From: Candidatus Krumholzibacteriia bacterium
GTDB taxonomy: Bacteria; Krumholzibacteriota; Krumholzibacteriia; Krumholzibacteriales; Krumholzibacteriaceae
Reading direction: 5' to 3'
Assembly (NCBI GenBank): GCA_963770685.1
Contig: CAVYQN010000001.1
Coordinates: forward strand, 72,589 to 136,588
Length of the DNA stretch: 64,000 nt
Shown: positions 39,724 through 49,418 of the stretch, piece by piece
Layout: the number at the start of each line of letters is the position of its first letter
How positions within the stretch are numbered: position 1 is the stretch's first letter
Notes under the pieces: generated by a model
What the model was told of the DNA's origin: nothing
Database searches by the model: none
Seen by the model: only the letters and a program-made list of their open reading frames with translations
Made by a program: the position numbers and the translations under genes

Positions 39724-40155
39724 TCACGAAGAGTGATCGTGCACTATCCTCCAACCTTCTTCGAACCTTCTGAAAACAAGGGTGAATCGCCCTTCCCTGA
39801 TGGTGTCGGGAAGCTGCACCTGCCACCGGCCGGTGACGTAGGCCGAATCCCTGGAAAGGATCGAAACCGCGGTGTCGTCGAACCGCAGAACGCCCCTTGC
39901 CGGCCCCGAATATTTCTCCCGGTACATCGAATCGAGGGTTTCCCACCCGAGAAGCAGCCTGGAGCCCGAATGAAAGGTCAGCTCAGGTGATTTCAGGTAG
40001 TATTTCATGTAACCGGCCATGTCGCCGCTGTTCCAGCTGCTCACCTGAATCTCCATGGCCGCGCGAATCTCGTCGGCGGCATCTGATTCAACGTACCGAT
40101 CTCCTGAGCACGAGATGAATATGAGCGGGATCAGCGACAGCGCGATGCTTCTCAC
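39724..40155 (-). CDS. SnoaL/DUF4440-like small lipoprotein
   Basis: GTG start (40155-40153) after SD AGGAGGAA, overlapping the tsaC stop (GTGA). VRSIALSLIPLIFISCSG lipobox. NTF2-like ...YVTGRWQVQLPDTIREGRFTLVFRRFEEGWRIVHDHSS. Confidence 0.65.
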   Translation of the reverse strand: MRSIALSLIPLIFISCSGDRYVESDAADEIRAAMEIQVSSWNSGDMAGYMKYYLKSPELTFHSGSRLLLGWETLDSMYREKYSGPARGVLRFDDTAVSILSRDSAYVTGRWQVQLPDTIREGRFTLVFRRFEEGWRIVHDHSS

Positions 40156-40787
40156 GATTTCCTCCTGCCTGAAACCCTGGATCTCGAGTGGATTTTCAGT
40201 ACGTGCCCTCCCTGCCTCCGGATTCTGAAGGGCGCCTCGGAGAAATCGACGACCGTCGTCGGCAGGGAACAGGGCCTCCCCATTCTCGAAATGTAAGCAT
40301 CGAGGCCGGGAAAATCTTTCATGATATCGCTTATCCTCGAAAGCGGTTTTTTGCCGCTGATATTCACGCTCGTGGATATCAGGGGGGCGCCGACCCGCCC
40401 TATCAGCCTCCTGAGCTGTGAAAGAGCGGGGATCCTCAGGGCCACCCTGCCGTCGGGAGCCAATCCCGGAGAAACGCGGCCTCCGGCCGGAAGGACCGCC
40501 GTAAGAGGCGCCGGCCAGGACCGCTCCAGCAATTCCCTCGATTCGCCGGGCCAATCCGCCACGAATCGGTCCGCCATCTCCATGTTCGACACGAGCAGTA
40601 TGAAAGCGCTCCGTCCCGTTTTGCCTTTAAGCCGCATTATCCGTTCGACCGCCGGCCCGCTCGTGGAAATGCAATGGAATCCGTATATCGTATCGGTCGG
40701 GAGAACGACGACCCCGCCCGACTTCAGAATCTCCGCGAGTCTTCCCATCTTCCCCGCCGCGAGATAGCCGGTAATCATTTCTTCCAC
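40152..40787 (-). CDS. tsaC: L-threonylcarbamoyladenylate synthase (YrdC/TsaC family)
   Basis: 211-aa ORF. VVVLPTDTIYGFHC, SAFILLVS, APLISTSVNISGKKP. Confidence 0.8.
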   Translation of the reverse strand: MEEMITGYLAAGKMGRLAEILKSGGVVVLPTDTIYGFHCISTSGPAVERIMRLKGKTGRSAFILLVSNMEMADRFVADWPGESRELLERSWPAPLTAVLPAGGRVSPGLAPDGRVALRIPALSQLRRLIGRVGAPLISTSVNISGKKPLSRISDIMKDFPGLDAYISRMGRPCSLPTTVVDFSEAPFRIRRQGGHVLKIHSRSRVSGRRKS

Positions 40788-41239
40788 GAGTCCCTGAGTT
40801 CCCGCAGGGCAACGCCGATCGAGGCGTCTTCGATGGCCAGTATCTCCGCGGCGAGAATGGCGGCGTTTTTCGCCCCCGCCTTCCCGACGGCCACCGTCGC
40901 CACAGGTATCCCCGGGGGCATCTGAACGATCGAAAGGAGGGCGTCCATGCCGTCCGGCATACCGCTCGGGATCGGGACTCCTATGACCGGGAAGATGGTC
41001 GCCGAAGCGACGAATCCCGGCAGGGCGGCCGACATGCCCGCTCCGGCTATGAAGACCTTCGCTCCCCTTTCTTCGGCCGCCCTTATATAATCCCTCGTTT
41101 GTTCGGGCATCCTGTGCGCGGAAGAAACCTTCAGTTCGGCCTTTATCCCCAGTTTCCCGAGCTGATCGAGGCAGGGATTCATCACATCCCTGTCCGATTC
41201 GCTCCCCATGATCACCGCCACCTGCAATTTCTCACTCAC
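40775..41239 (-). CDS. purE: 5-(carboxyamino)imidazole ribonucleotide mutase
   Basis: 154-aa ORF. VAVIMGSESD, VSSAHRMP, IAGAGMSAALPG, PVIGVPI. Confidence 0.9.
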   Translation of the reverse strand: MSEKLQVAVIMGSESDRDVMNPCLDQLGKLGIKAELKVSSAHRMPEQTRDYIRAAEERGAKVFIAGAGMSAALPGFVASATIFPVIGVPIPSGMPDGMDALLSIVQMPPGIPVATVAVGKAGAKNAAILAAEILAIEDASIGVALRELRDSWKK

Positions 41240-41296
41240 CTGGCGCTCCTTTCACTCGTCCGCAACGACCATGCTCCCGCGTCCGGCGCCCGCCCG

Positions 41297-42565
41297 TCAG
41301 CTTTCCAGCGCCCTCCTGCCGATGTCACGCCTGTAGAAGCAGTCCTGGAAGCTTATCATTCCCGCCCCCCTGTACGCCTTCTCGAGGGCGTCATTCAGAT
41401 TCCTGGCGACCGCCGTAACGCACAGCACCCTGCCCCCGTCGTTCACGAATTCGCCGTCCCGGATCGCCGTTCCGGCGTGAAACAGGATGCATCCCGTATC
41501 GTCCGCCTTGTCCAGGCCGCTGATCCTGTGCCCCTTTTTGTAGGGCCCCGGGTAACCGCCCGAGGCTATCACGACGCACGCGCAGGAATCGGCGCTGTTT
41601 TCGAAATCGACGCTTTCGAGGTTGCTGCCCGTCGCCTCGTAGAGAACCTCGAAAAGGTCTCCCTTGAAAAGAGGAAGAATGACCTGGGTTTCCGGATCGC
41701 CGAAACGGCAATTGTACTCCAGGACCTTCGGGCCATCCCTGGTTATCATGAGACCGAAATATATCACTCCCGCTCCCGATATCTTCTCCGCCTGAATGCC
41801 GTTGAGAGTCGGCTCTATTATCTCTATCCTTATCTTCTCCGATAGCGCGTGGTCGAGCCACGGAACAGGGGAATACGCGCCCATCCCTCCGGTGTTCGGC
41901 CCGGTGTCCCCGTCGAAGGCCCTTTTATGATCCTGCGAGGCGGCGAACAGGCGGTAATCCTTCCCGTCGAACACCGCCAGGATGGAGAGTTCGGTCCCTT
42001 CGAGATATTCCTCGATCACCACTCTTCTTCCCGCTTCGCCGAATTCCCCCGCCTTCAACATCCTCTCGACCGCGTCCCGGGCCTGTTCGCGGGTTTCGCA
42101 CACGAAGACTCCCTTGCCCGCCGCCAGCCCGTCGGCCTTTATGACAAAGGGAGGGGTCCCCTCCTCTATCGAATGCTGGGCGGCGCAGTGGTCGTTGAAC
42201 GCGGCGAATCCGCCCGTCGGTATCCTGTATTTCCGCATGAATTCCTTCGCCCAGACCTTGCTCCCCTCGAGCAGCGCCCCCTTGCCGTCGAATCCGAAGA
42301 TCCTCTGGCCGTTATCGGCGAAAAGATCGACGATCCCCGATACGAGCGGGGCCTCGGGCCCCACGACGGTAAGATCGACGCCTTTTCCGATCGCGAACTC
42401 CAGCAGCTTCTTCTTGTCGTTGACGTCGATATCGACGCGCTCGGCCAGTTCGGCGATCCCCGCGTTCCCCGGGGCCGCGTAGATTTTACTGACCTTGTCG
42501 GACTGCGCGATCTTCCACACGAGGGCGTGTTCCCTTCCTCCGCTTCCGAGGACAAGTACTTTCAT
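41297..42565 (-). CDS. purD: Phosphoribosylamine-glycine ligase
   Basis: Start at MKVLVLGSGGREHALVWKIAQS (SD AAGGAGA) rather than the 456-aa extension. ATP-grasp core VIKADGLAAGKGV and GPNTGGMGAYSP. Confidence 0.9.
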   Translation of the reverse strand: MKVLVLGSGGREHALVWKIAQSDKVSKIYAAPGNAGIAELAERVDIDVNDKKKLLEFAIGKGVDLTVVGPEAPLVSGIVDLFADNGQRIFGFDGKGALLEGSKVWAKEFMRKYRIPTGGFAAFNDHCAAQHSIEEGTPPFVIKADGLAAGKGVFVCETREQARDAVERMLKAGEFGEAGRRVVIEEYLEGTELSILAVFDGKDYRLFAASQDHKRAFDGDTGPNTGGMGAYSPVPWLDHALSEKIRIEIIEPTLNGIQAEKISGAGVIYFGLMITRDGPKVLEYNCRFGDPETQVILPLFKGDLFEVLYEATGSNLESVDFENSADSCACVVIASGGYPGPYKKGHRISGLDKADDTGCILFHAGTAIRDGEFVNDGGRVLCVTAVARNLNDALEKAYRGAGMISFQDCFYRRDIGRRALES

Positions 42566-42728
42566 TATTCCGGCGTCTCCTTCTCGTAAAGCACGTTCAT
42601 ATTCCTGCACATCCCGATTCCGCGGATCGGGATAATCATATCTACCATAAACGGACCGTCCCCGCACCTTGTATTTTCCCGGGGATGAATAAAGCGGCCC
42701 GCTTCGATTCGACCCCGCACGCGGCGGT

Positions 42729-43956
42729 TTATCCGTAGATCGTCATCAGCTCCGCGATGCCGCCCGCTATGTCGACTTCGTGCCGGCAGGAGGCGACGCA
42801 TACGCCGCAGGCTCTGCAGCCGTCGAGCCCCGCGCGGGGCGGAATCTCGGACAGCGTGAGGCGCGCGTGATGGAAATTCGAATACCTCGCCGCGTACATG
42901 TGCGTCCTCATGAGCGCCGGTATGTCCACCCTGTTAGGGCAGCTGTTCACGCATATGCCGCACTGCCGGCAGAATCCCATCCCGAGTTTCACGTTCTGCA
43001 CGTTCAGAAGCTTCTCTTCGGCCTCGTCGTATTCGATCCCCCGGGCCACCGAGAAATCCTCCTTCATGTGCTCGAAGGTCGTGTACCCCGGGATGGCGGT
43101 TGTGATGTTCGGGTTTCTAAGGACCCATTTGAGGGAGGCGGTCGCAATGGTCGTCGCGGTGAACTCGTCGCTGAACTCGAGCTTCGAACGCCTCGAGCTC
43201 CCGGCCTGGGTTTTCATGGCTATTATGCCGATCCCTCTTTTTCGCCGCCTTATCGATCGCCGATAAAAGTTCCGCGTAATCCCACATCGTGAAGTTCAAC
43301 ACCGTCAGGATCACCTCGTAGCTTCCCTCCTCGACGGCGGCATCGATGACGGCGTGCATGTCCTGGTGCGTCGAAACGCCTATATATCTCGTTTTCCCGC
43401 TCTTCCTTATCTCCTTCATCGTATCCGAAATGGCTTTATTCCTGATTTGATCGACATTCGTTATGTTATGCACGTAGAGTATGTCGACATGGTCCATCTG
43501 GAGGCGCTCGAGGGATTCGTCGATCTGGCGGAGCAGCTTTTCCCTCGTCTCGGCCGGTCCGTCCCCCTCCCTCGTGTTCGGGTTGTATATCTTCGTGGCG
43601 ATCGTGACCTCGTCCCTGACGCCCATTTCCTTTATGACCTGCCCCACCATCCTCTCGTTGTTCCCCGACTGATAATTGGCCGCGGTGTCGAAATGGCGAA
43701 CGCCCAGCTCATACGACGCCCTGACCACCTCCGGATTGTTCGCGTTCATCACGCCCATGCTGACGATCGGCAGGGTTATATCCGTCTTCCCGAGTTTCCT
43801 GCGGATGATATCGCCCTTCGCGTCTTTTACATTCCCCTCTTTTTCCCCGCCCCTGAGCCCGACCGGAGCCGTGGAGAGGAGCCCGGCGGCCACTATTCCT
43901 CCGAACGCGGTCGTTATGAATCCGCGGCGCGTTAAATCTCCGTGTTTCGAGTTCAT
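42729..43956 (-). pseudogene. Tat-signal aldo/keto reductase with C-terminal 4Fe-4S domain, frame interrupted (fragments 43117-43956 and 42729-43217)
   Basis: MNSKHGDLTRRGFITTAFGG twin-arginine signal. AKR core (FDTAANYQSGNNE, LYVHN). A one-base shift in the T5/A5 run at 43238-43242 joins ...AIDKAAKK to GIGIIAMKTQAGS... The tail has CRQCGICVNSCP and CRACGVCVASC. Confidence 0.8.
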
Positions 43957-44000
43957 GATTCCTCCTGGAAACGGCTTCGGGTGTTATCGCGTCGATAGGA

Positions 44001-44029
44001 ATTATATTTGATTTTTCCTCGGATGTAAC
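44001..44029 (-). promoter_or_regulatory. Candidate sigma70 promoter for the aldo/keto reductase gene
   Basis: Minus strand reads GTTACA (44029-44024), 17 nt, TATAAT (44006-44001). SD AGGAGGAA lies before the ATG at 43956. Confidence 0.4.
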
Positions 44030-44120
44030 TCCAAAATCACCTTGACCGGAACCGGATCTTCCGTTTGAATCGGACGCGCCGGGCCTCCTGACAGGCGGCA
44101 TCTCATTAAAGGGGGGAATT

Positions 44121-44880
44121 ATGCAGTCCATGGCCATAACGCGTCTCCCGGGGGAGAATTTCCGCGACGGTATAACGTCCGCCGGCCTCGGCCCTCCCGA
44201 TTACCGCCTCGCGCTTCGCCAGCATGCCGCTTACCGGGACGCCCTCGAAAGGTGCGGCCTTGAAGTGATTCTCCTCGAACCCGATCCCGTATACCCCGAC
44301 GCCCCCTTTGTGGAGGATACCGCCGTGATCACGGAAACGACGGCGATCGTGACGCGGCCCGGGGATCCCCGTCGCCGGGGGGAGGAGGTCTCCCATCGCC
44401 CGGGCGCTCTCCGGATACAGGGAAATACAGGTGATTGAGCCCCCTGGCACGGTCGACGGCGGGGATATATTGAGGGCGGATAACCATTTCTACATCGGAC
44501 TTTCGGGGAGAACCAACGTCGAGGGAGCGAGGCAGCTTGCCTCCATCCTGTCCCGCGACGGCTATTCATCCTCGACCGTGCATGTCCGCGACTCGCTGCA
44601 TCTGAAATCAGGCGTGAATTACATGGGAGACGGCCTGATGATAGCGCACGAAAAACTCAGGGATCTTGAATTCCTCGGGAGATTCGATATCATCACGGTC
44701 GGGGAAGATGAATCCTACGCCGCCAATTGCCTTCCCGTCAACGGAACCGTCATCGTGCCCGCGGGGTTCCCCCGAACCGCGTCGAACATAGTGTCGGCCG
44801 GGCTCGAAATCATCGAGCTGGAGATGTCTGAATTCATGAAAATGGACGGCGGGCTGACCTGCCTGTCGCTGAGATTCTGA
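44121..44880 (+). pseudogene. Dimethylarginine dimethylaminohydrolase / amidinotransferase-fold enzyme, frame interrupted (fragments 44121-44438 and 44431-44880)
   Basis: ...PDAPFVEDTAVI...TRPGDPRRRGEEVS then, after a +1 shift at about 44390-44395, IARALSGYREIQVIEPPGTVDGGDIL...GRTN. Catalytic Cys in the C-terminal MDGGLTCLSLRF. Confidence 0.75.
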
Positions 44881-44885
44881 GATTC

Positions 44886-44931
44886 AGCCCGTAAAAACAT
44901 GGGGGCTATGGTTATTACGGGCTCCACTTTT
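44886..44931 (+). terminator. Candidate terminator after the DDAH-like gene
   Basis: Perfect 9-bp stem AGCCCGTAA/TTACGGGCT (44886-44894 with 44915-44923), 20-nt loop, followed by CCACTTTTGG. Confidence 0.4.
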
Positions 44932-45037
44932 GGCCCGCTGTATCCGCATTCGACTTAATGTCCGCCTGAAACTATTTTAAGCGCTTCAACGTATTCAAAC
45001 GGTAATTTAAGAACCAACCATGAAGGAGATGTTGAAA

Positions 45038-46107
45038 ATGAATAATCACCTGGAGACCGCTGATCATCCTGTCGCTTCTCGCCGCGGCCGTCGCGATGGG
45101 GGGATGCAGCGGCAAATCGCACTCCGAAACAAAGAAGGAAGAGGCGAAACTCGTCGTTCCGGTGGAGATCGATTCAGTGACGCTCGGAGATATCGCGGCC
45201 TTCTTCACCGGCACGGCCACGATCGAAGCGGAGCAGGAAACGGAGGTCGTGGCGAAGGTGGGCGGTGATCGTCGAAAAGATCATGGTGGAGGAAGGCCAG
45301 TTCGTCAGGGCGGGCCAGGTCCTCGCGAAACTCGACGACGAGATGATCTCGGTCCAGCTGGACCAGGCCGCGGCCAACCTGAAAAAGCTCGAAAGCAATT
45401 TCGAACGCAACAAGGACCTTCACGGCAAACAGCTGATCAGCACCGAGGTGTTTCAACAATCCCAGTATGAATACGAGCAGCAGAAAGCCTTCTACGACAT
45501 GGCGAGGCTGAACCTCGACTATTCGGAGATCAAAACGCCCATCAGCGGGGTCGTTTCGGAACGAAAGGTCAAGGTCGGCAACATGATTCTTCCGAACCAG
45601 ACCACGTTCAGGGTTTCCGGGCTGGATCCGCTTATCGCCGTCCTGTTCGTGCCGGAACGACACCTCGACAAGCTCCGCAACGGCCAGTTGTCCAGGCTTG
45701 CCGTGGATGCCATCAACAGCGACGAGATCGAGGGCCATATAAAACGAATAAGCCCCGTTGTCGATCCTTCCACCGGGACCGTCAAGGTCACGATCGAAAC
45801 GAAGGATCCTCTCGGCAGGTTGAGACCGGGGATGTTCGCCCGCATAAAGATCATATACGACGTGCACGCCAACACCCTGAAGATACCGAAGGACGCGATA
45901 ATCTCCGAGGACAGGGAATCCGCGGTGTATGTCGTCAGGGACAGCGTCGCGTACAAGCATAATATTTCGATCGGATACATAAACACGACCCATGTCGAGG
46001 TGCTTGCAGGCCTTGCGCTTGACGACGTTATCGTCACCACCGGCAAGGGCAGCCTTAAAGACAGCACCAAGGGTCGATATAGTAAGAAAGTGATCGGAAG
46101 CGCATGA
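45038..46107 (+). pseudogene. Efflux RND periplasmic adaptor (HlyD/MFP family) lipoprotein, frame interrupted
   Basis: ATG 45038 after SD AAGGAG (MNNH...). A shift at about 45047-45057 gives WRPLIILSLLAAAVAMGGCSGK (lipobox). A second shift at 45261-45266 joins ...EVVAKVGG to IVEKIMVEEGQFVRAGQVLAKLDD... (ORF 45265-46107). The stop overlaps the RND start (ATGA). Confidence 0.8.
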
Positions 46108-49100
46108 AAATAATTGAAATCTCCATCAGGCGTAAAGTCACGGTAGCGATGTTCACCCTCGCCGTGATCCTATTCGGAACGGTCTCCTTCATGCGGCTCA
46201 AAATCAATCTTCTACCCGAACTGACCTATCCCACCCTGACCATAAGGACGGAATACTCCGGGGCGGCCCCGGCGGAGATCGAGAACCTTATATCGAAACC
46301 GGTCGAGGAGGCTCTCGGGGTCGTGAAGAGGGTCAACAGGATAAGTTCCATATCCCGCTCCGGCCAGTCGGACGTGATACTCGAGTTTGAATGGGGCACC
46401 GACATGGACCGCGCGGGCCTCGATGTGCGCGAGAAGCTCGACGCGCTCGAGCTGCCCCTCGAGATAAAGCGTCCCTCGATATTAAGGTTCGATCCATCCC
46501 TCGACCCGATCATCCGTTTCGGATTCAGGAAAAAGAATCCCGCCGCGCCGTCTCCCGACCCCGGCGGTCAATCCACGGCATCAATGAGCGATTCCTTCAG
46601 CGAGGACGAGCTCAAGTTCCTCCGGCGATTCTCGGAAGAGGAGATAAAGAAGGAACTCGAGTCTGCGCTCGGAGTCGCCGCGGTAAAGGTAAGCGGCGGG
46701 CTTGAGGACGAAATCCAGATCCTTGTCGACCAGGGACGCCTTTCCCAGCTCGATCTCCCGTTGGAACAGCTCGCAAGGCAGGTCGGAGCCGAAAACGTCA
46801 ACCTGTCGGGCGGACGGCTCGAAGAGGGCGCGCAACAATACCTGGTCCGCACCCTGAACGAATTCAAATCGGTCGATGAGATAGGAAACATCATAATCTC
46901 GACCAAGGAAGGCAAACCCACCTACCTGAAGGATGTCGCCACCGTTATGCACGGGTACAAGGAACGCGAAGCGATCATCCGCCTGAACAGCGTCGAAGCC
47001 GTTGAGATCGCCCTGTACAAGGAGGGCGACGCGAACACCGTCGCCGTCGCCAGGGAGGTTGAAAAGATCCTGGACCGCACGCGGAAGATTCTCCCCGAAG
47101 ATTACGAGTTGGTAAAGGTGTACGATCAATCGACTTTTATAAAGCAGGCTGTCAGCGAGGTGATCAATGCCGCCGTAATCGGGGGATTGCTGGCCGTGAT
47201 AATCCTCTATTTCTTCCTGCGCAGCTTCTGGGCCACGGTCATTATCTCTCTTTCGATTCCGGTCTCCGTCATAGCGACATTCAACCTGATGTACGGGTCG
47301 AATCTGACTCTCAACATCATGTCGCTCGGAGGCATCGCGCTCGGCATCGGGATGCTCGTCGATAATTCCATCGTCGTGCTGGAAAACATTTCCCGGCACC
47401 TGAAAATCGGCAAGACCGCGATCCAGGCCTCCATCGACGGAGCAGGCGAAGTCGGCATGGCTGTCACCGCTTCCACATTGACGACCGTGGCGGTATTCAT
47501 CCCTCTGGTTTTCGTGAAGGGAGTTGCCGGCCAGCTTTTCCGCGATCAGGCTCTGACCGTAACCTTCTCCCTCCTCGCCTCGCTCGTTGTCGCGCTTACC
47601 CTGATTCCGATGCTGTCATCGCTTCAGAAGAGCGGGGCCGGGGAAATCGAGGAGCAGGCCGTTTGCGACGAGCCCCGGACGCGTTTCGGCAGATGGGCGC
47701 GCAGGACGCGCCGGTTGTTTGTGGTGACCGTGCCCGTTTTCGCCGTCAGGATGATATTCAAGGCAGTTGCCGGGTGTCGAAGGGGATAATGTTCATTCTT
47801 CGGCCGCAACTCGACATCTTTCAGAAGACATACGAGGGCGTCGAGGGGCGGTATTGCAATCTTCTCAAATGGTCCCTGGATCACAAGGCCCGGGTCATTT
47901 TCGCCGCGATCGCCCTCTTCGCGCTCTCCCTCGCGCTGATACCGCGCCTCGGCGTCGAATTGATCCCGCAGCTCTCGCAGGGCGAATTCGGCGTCGAATT
48001 CAAGCTTCCCCCTGGAACTCCTCTGGAGACTACGGCCCAAACGATGGCCGGAGTCCAGAGATCGGCCGAAAAGATCGTCGATATCGAAACGACCTTTTCC
48101 GTGGCCGGCTCGGGCAACAGGATGGACGCGAATCCGGAGCAGGGCGGCGAGAACTGGGGGGAAATGAACATCGTCATGACTCCGGGCTCGAGGCGGGCCG
48201 ACGAGCAAAAGGCGATAAGCGCGATGAGAAACGATCTCGGCCGCATTCCGGATCTTCAATACAAATTCTTCCACCCCACCCTTTTTACCTTCAAAACGCC
48301 AGTGGAGATAGAGGTGACCGGTTTCGACCTGAAGCAGCTCAAGAGAATCAGCGATGAAATAGCCGGGAAACTCGAGTCTTCCAAGCCGTTTTGCCGATGT
48401 CAAATCGACCATGCAGGCCGGACATCCCGAAATCCAGATCAAATTCGACCGTGAACGCGCGGCCTCGCTCGGTTTCGCGGTTTATCAGGTGGCGGACAGG
48501 GTCGTAAGCCAGGTGAAAGGCGACGTCGCGACCAGATATTCATGGCGCGACCGCAAGATAGACGTGCTGGTGAGAGCGCGGGAAAGCGACCGCAACTCGA
48601 TCGAGAAGATCCGGCGTCTCGTTATAAATCCGGAAAGCGACAGGCCAGTCACGCTCGACGCCGTCGCCGACATCGCCGTCGATACCGGGCCCGGGGAGAT
48701 AAGGAGAATCGACCAGGAACGCGCCGCCATAGTGACGGCGAACCTCAATCACGGCGACCTGGGAAGCGCGGCCGCCGAAATAAACTCGATAATAGGCGGG
48801 ATCCCCATGCCGTTGGATTTCAGCGCGAAGCTTGCAGGCCAGAACAGGGAAATGTCGGCTTCCTTCAGGTCGCTGCAGCTTGCCCTGCTGCTTGCCGTTT
48901 TCCTCGTATATCTCGTGATGGCGTCGCAGTTCGAATCCTTTCTTCATCCTTTCGTGATACTTTTCACGATGCCCCTCGCGTTGATAGGATCGGTTCTGGC
49001 CCTTTTTGTAACGGGATCGGCGATCAGCGTCGTGGTATTCATAGGTCTGATACTTCTCGCGGGAATCGTCGTCAACAACGCGATCGTTCTTATAGATTTC

Positions 49101-49355
49101 ATAAACAAGACCAGGGCCGGCGGCGCGGAGAAGGTCGAGGCGATCCTGACCGGCGGCCGCGCGCGTCTTCGCCCGATACTGATGACCACCCTGACGACCG
49201 TGCTCGGCCTGCTCCCGCTCGCACTCGGCATCGGCGAAGGAGCGGAACTGCGCGCCCCCATGGCCATCACCGTGATAGGCGGCCTGACCGTGTCGACCAT
49301 GTTGACGCTTCTGGTCATTCCCGTTGTTTACGCGTTGATCGACAGAAAAAGATGA
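46104..49355 (+). pseudogene. RND efflux permease 1 (AcrB/MdtB/C family), frame interrupted (fragments 46104-47789, 47663-48454, 48411-49355)
   Basis: MKIIEISIRRKVTVAMFTLAVILFG start. 12-TM RND layout (GIALGIGMLVDNSIVVLENI; LAGIVVNNAIVLIDFI). Shifts at about 47771-47775 (...FKAVAG / VSKGIMFILRP...) and in the T4 run at 48389-48392 (...SSKPF / ADVKSTMQAGHPEIQIKFDRE...). Confidence 0.85.
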
Positions 49356-49418
49356 CCGCGATGCGGCCCGCTTCGTTCGGCGAAATTTGACAAGTCGTAT
49401 TTTCAGGGACGGAAACAG

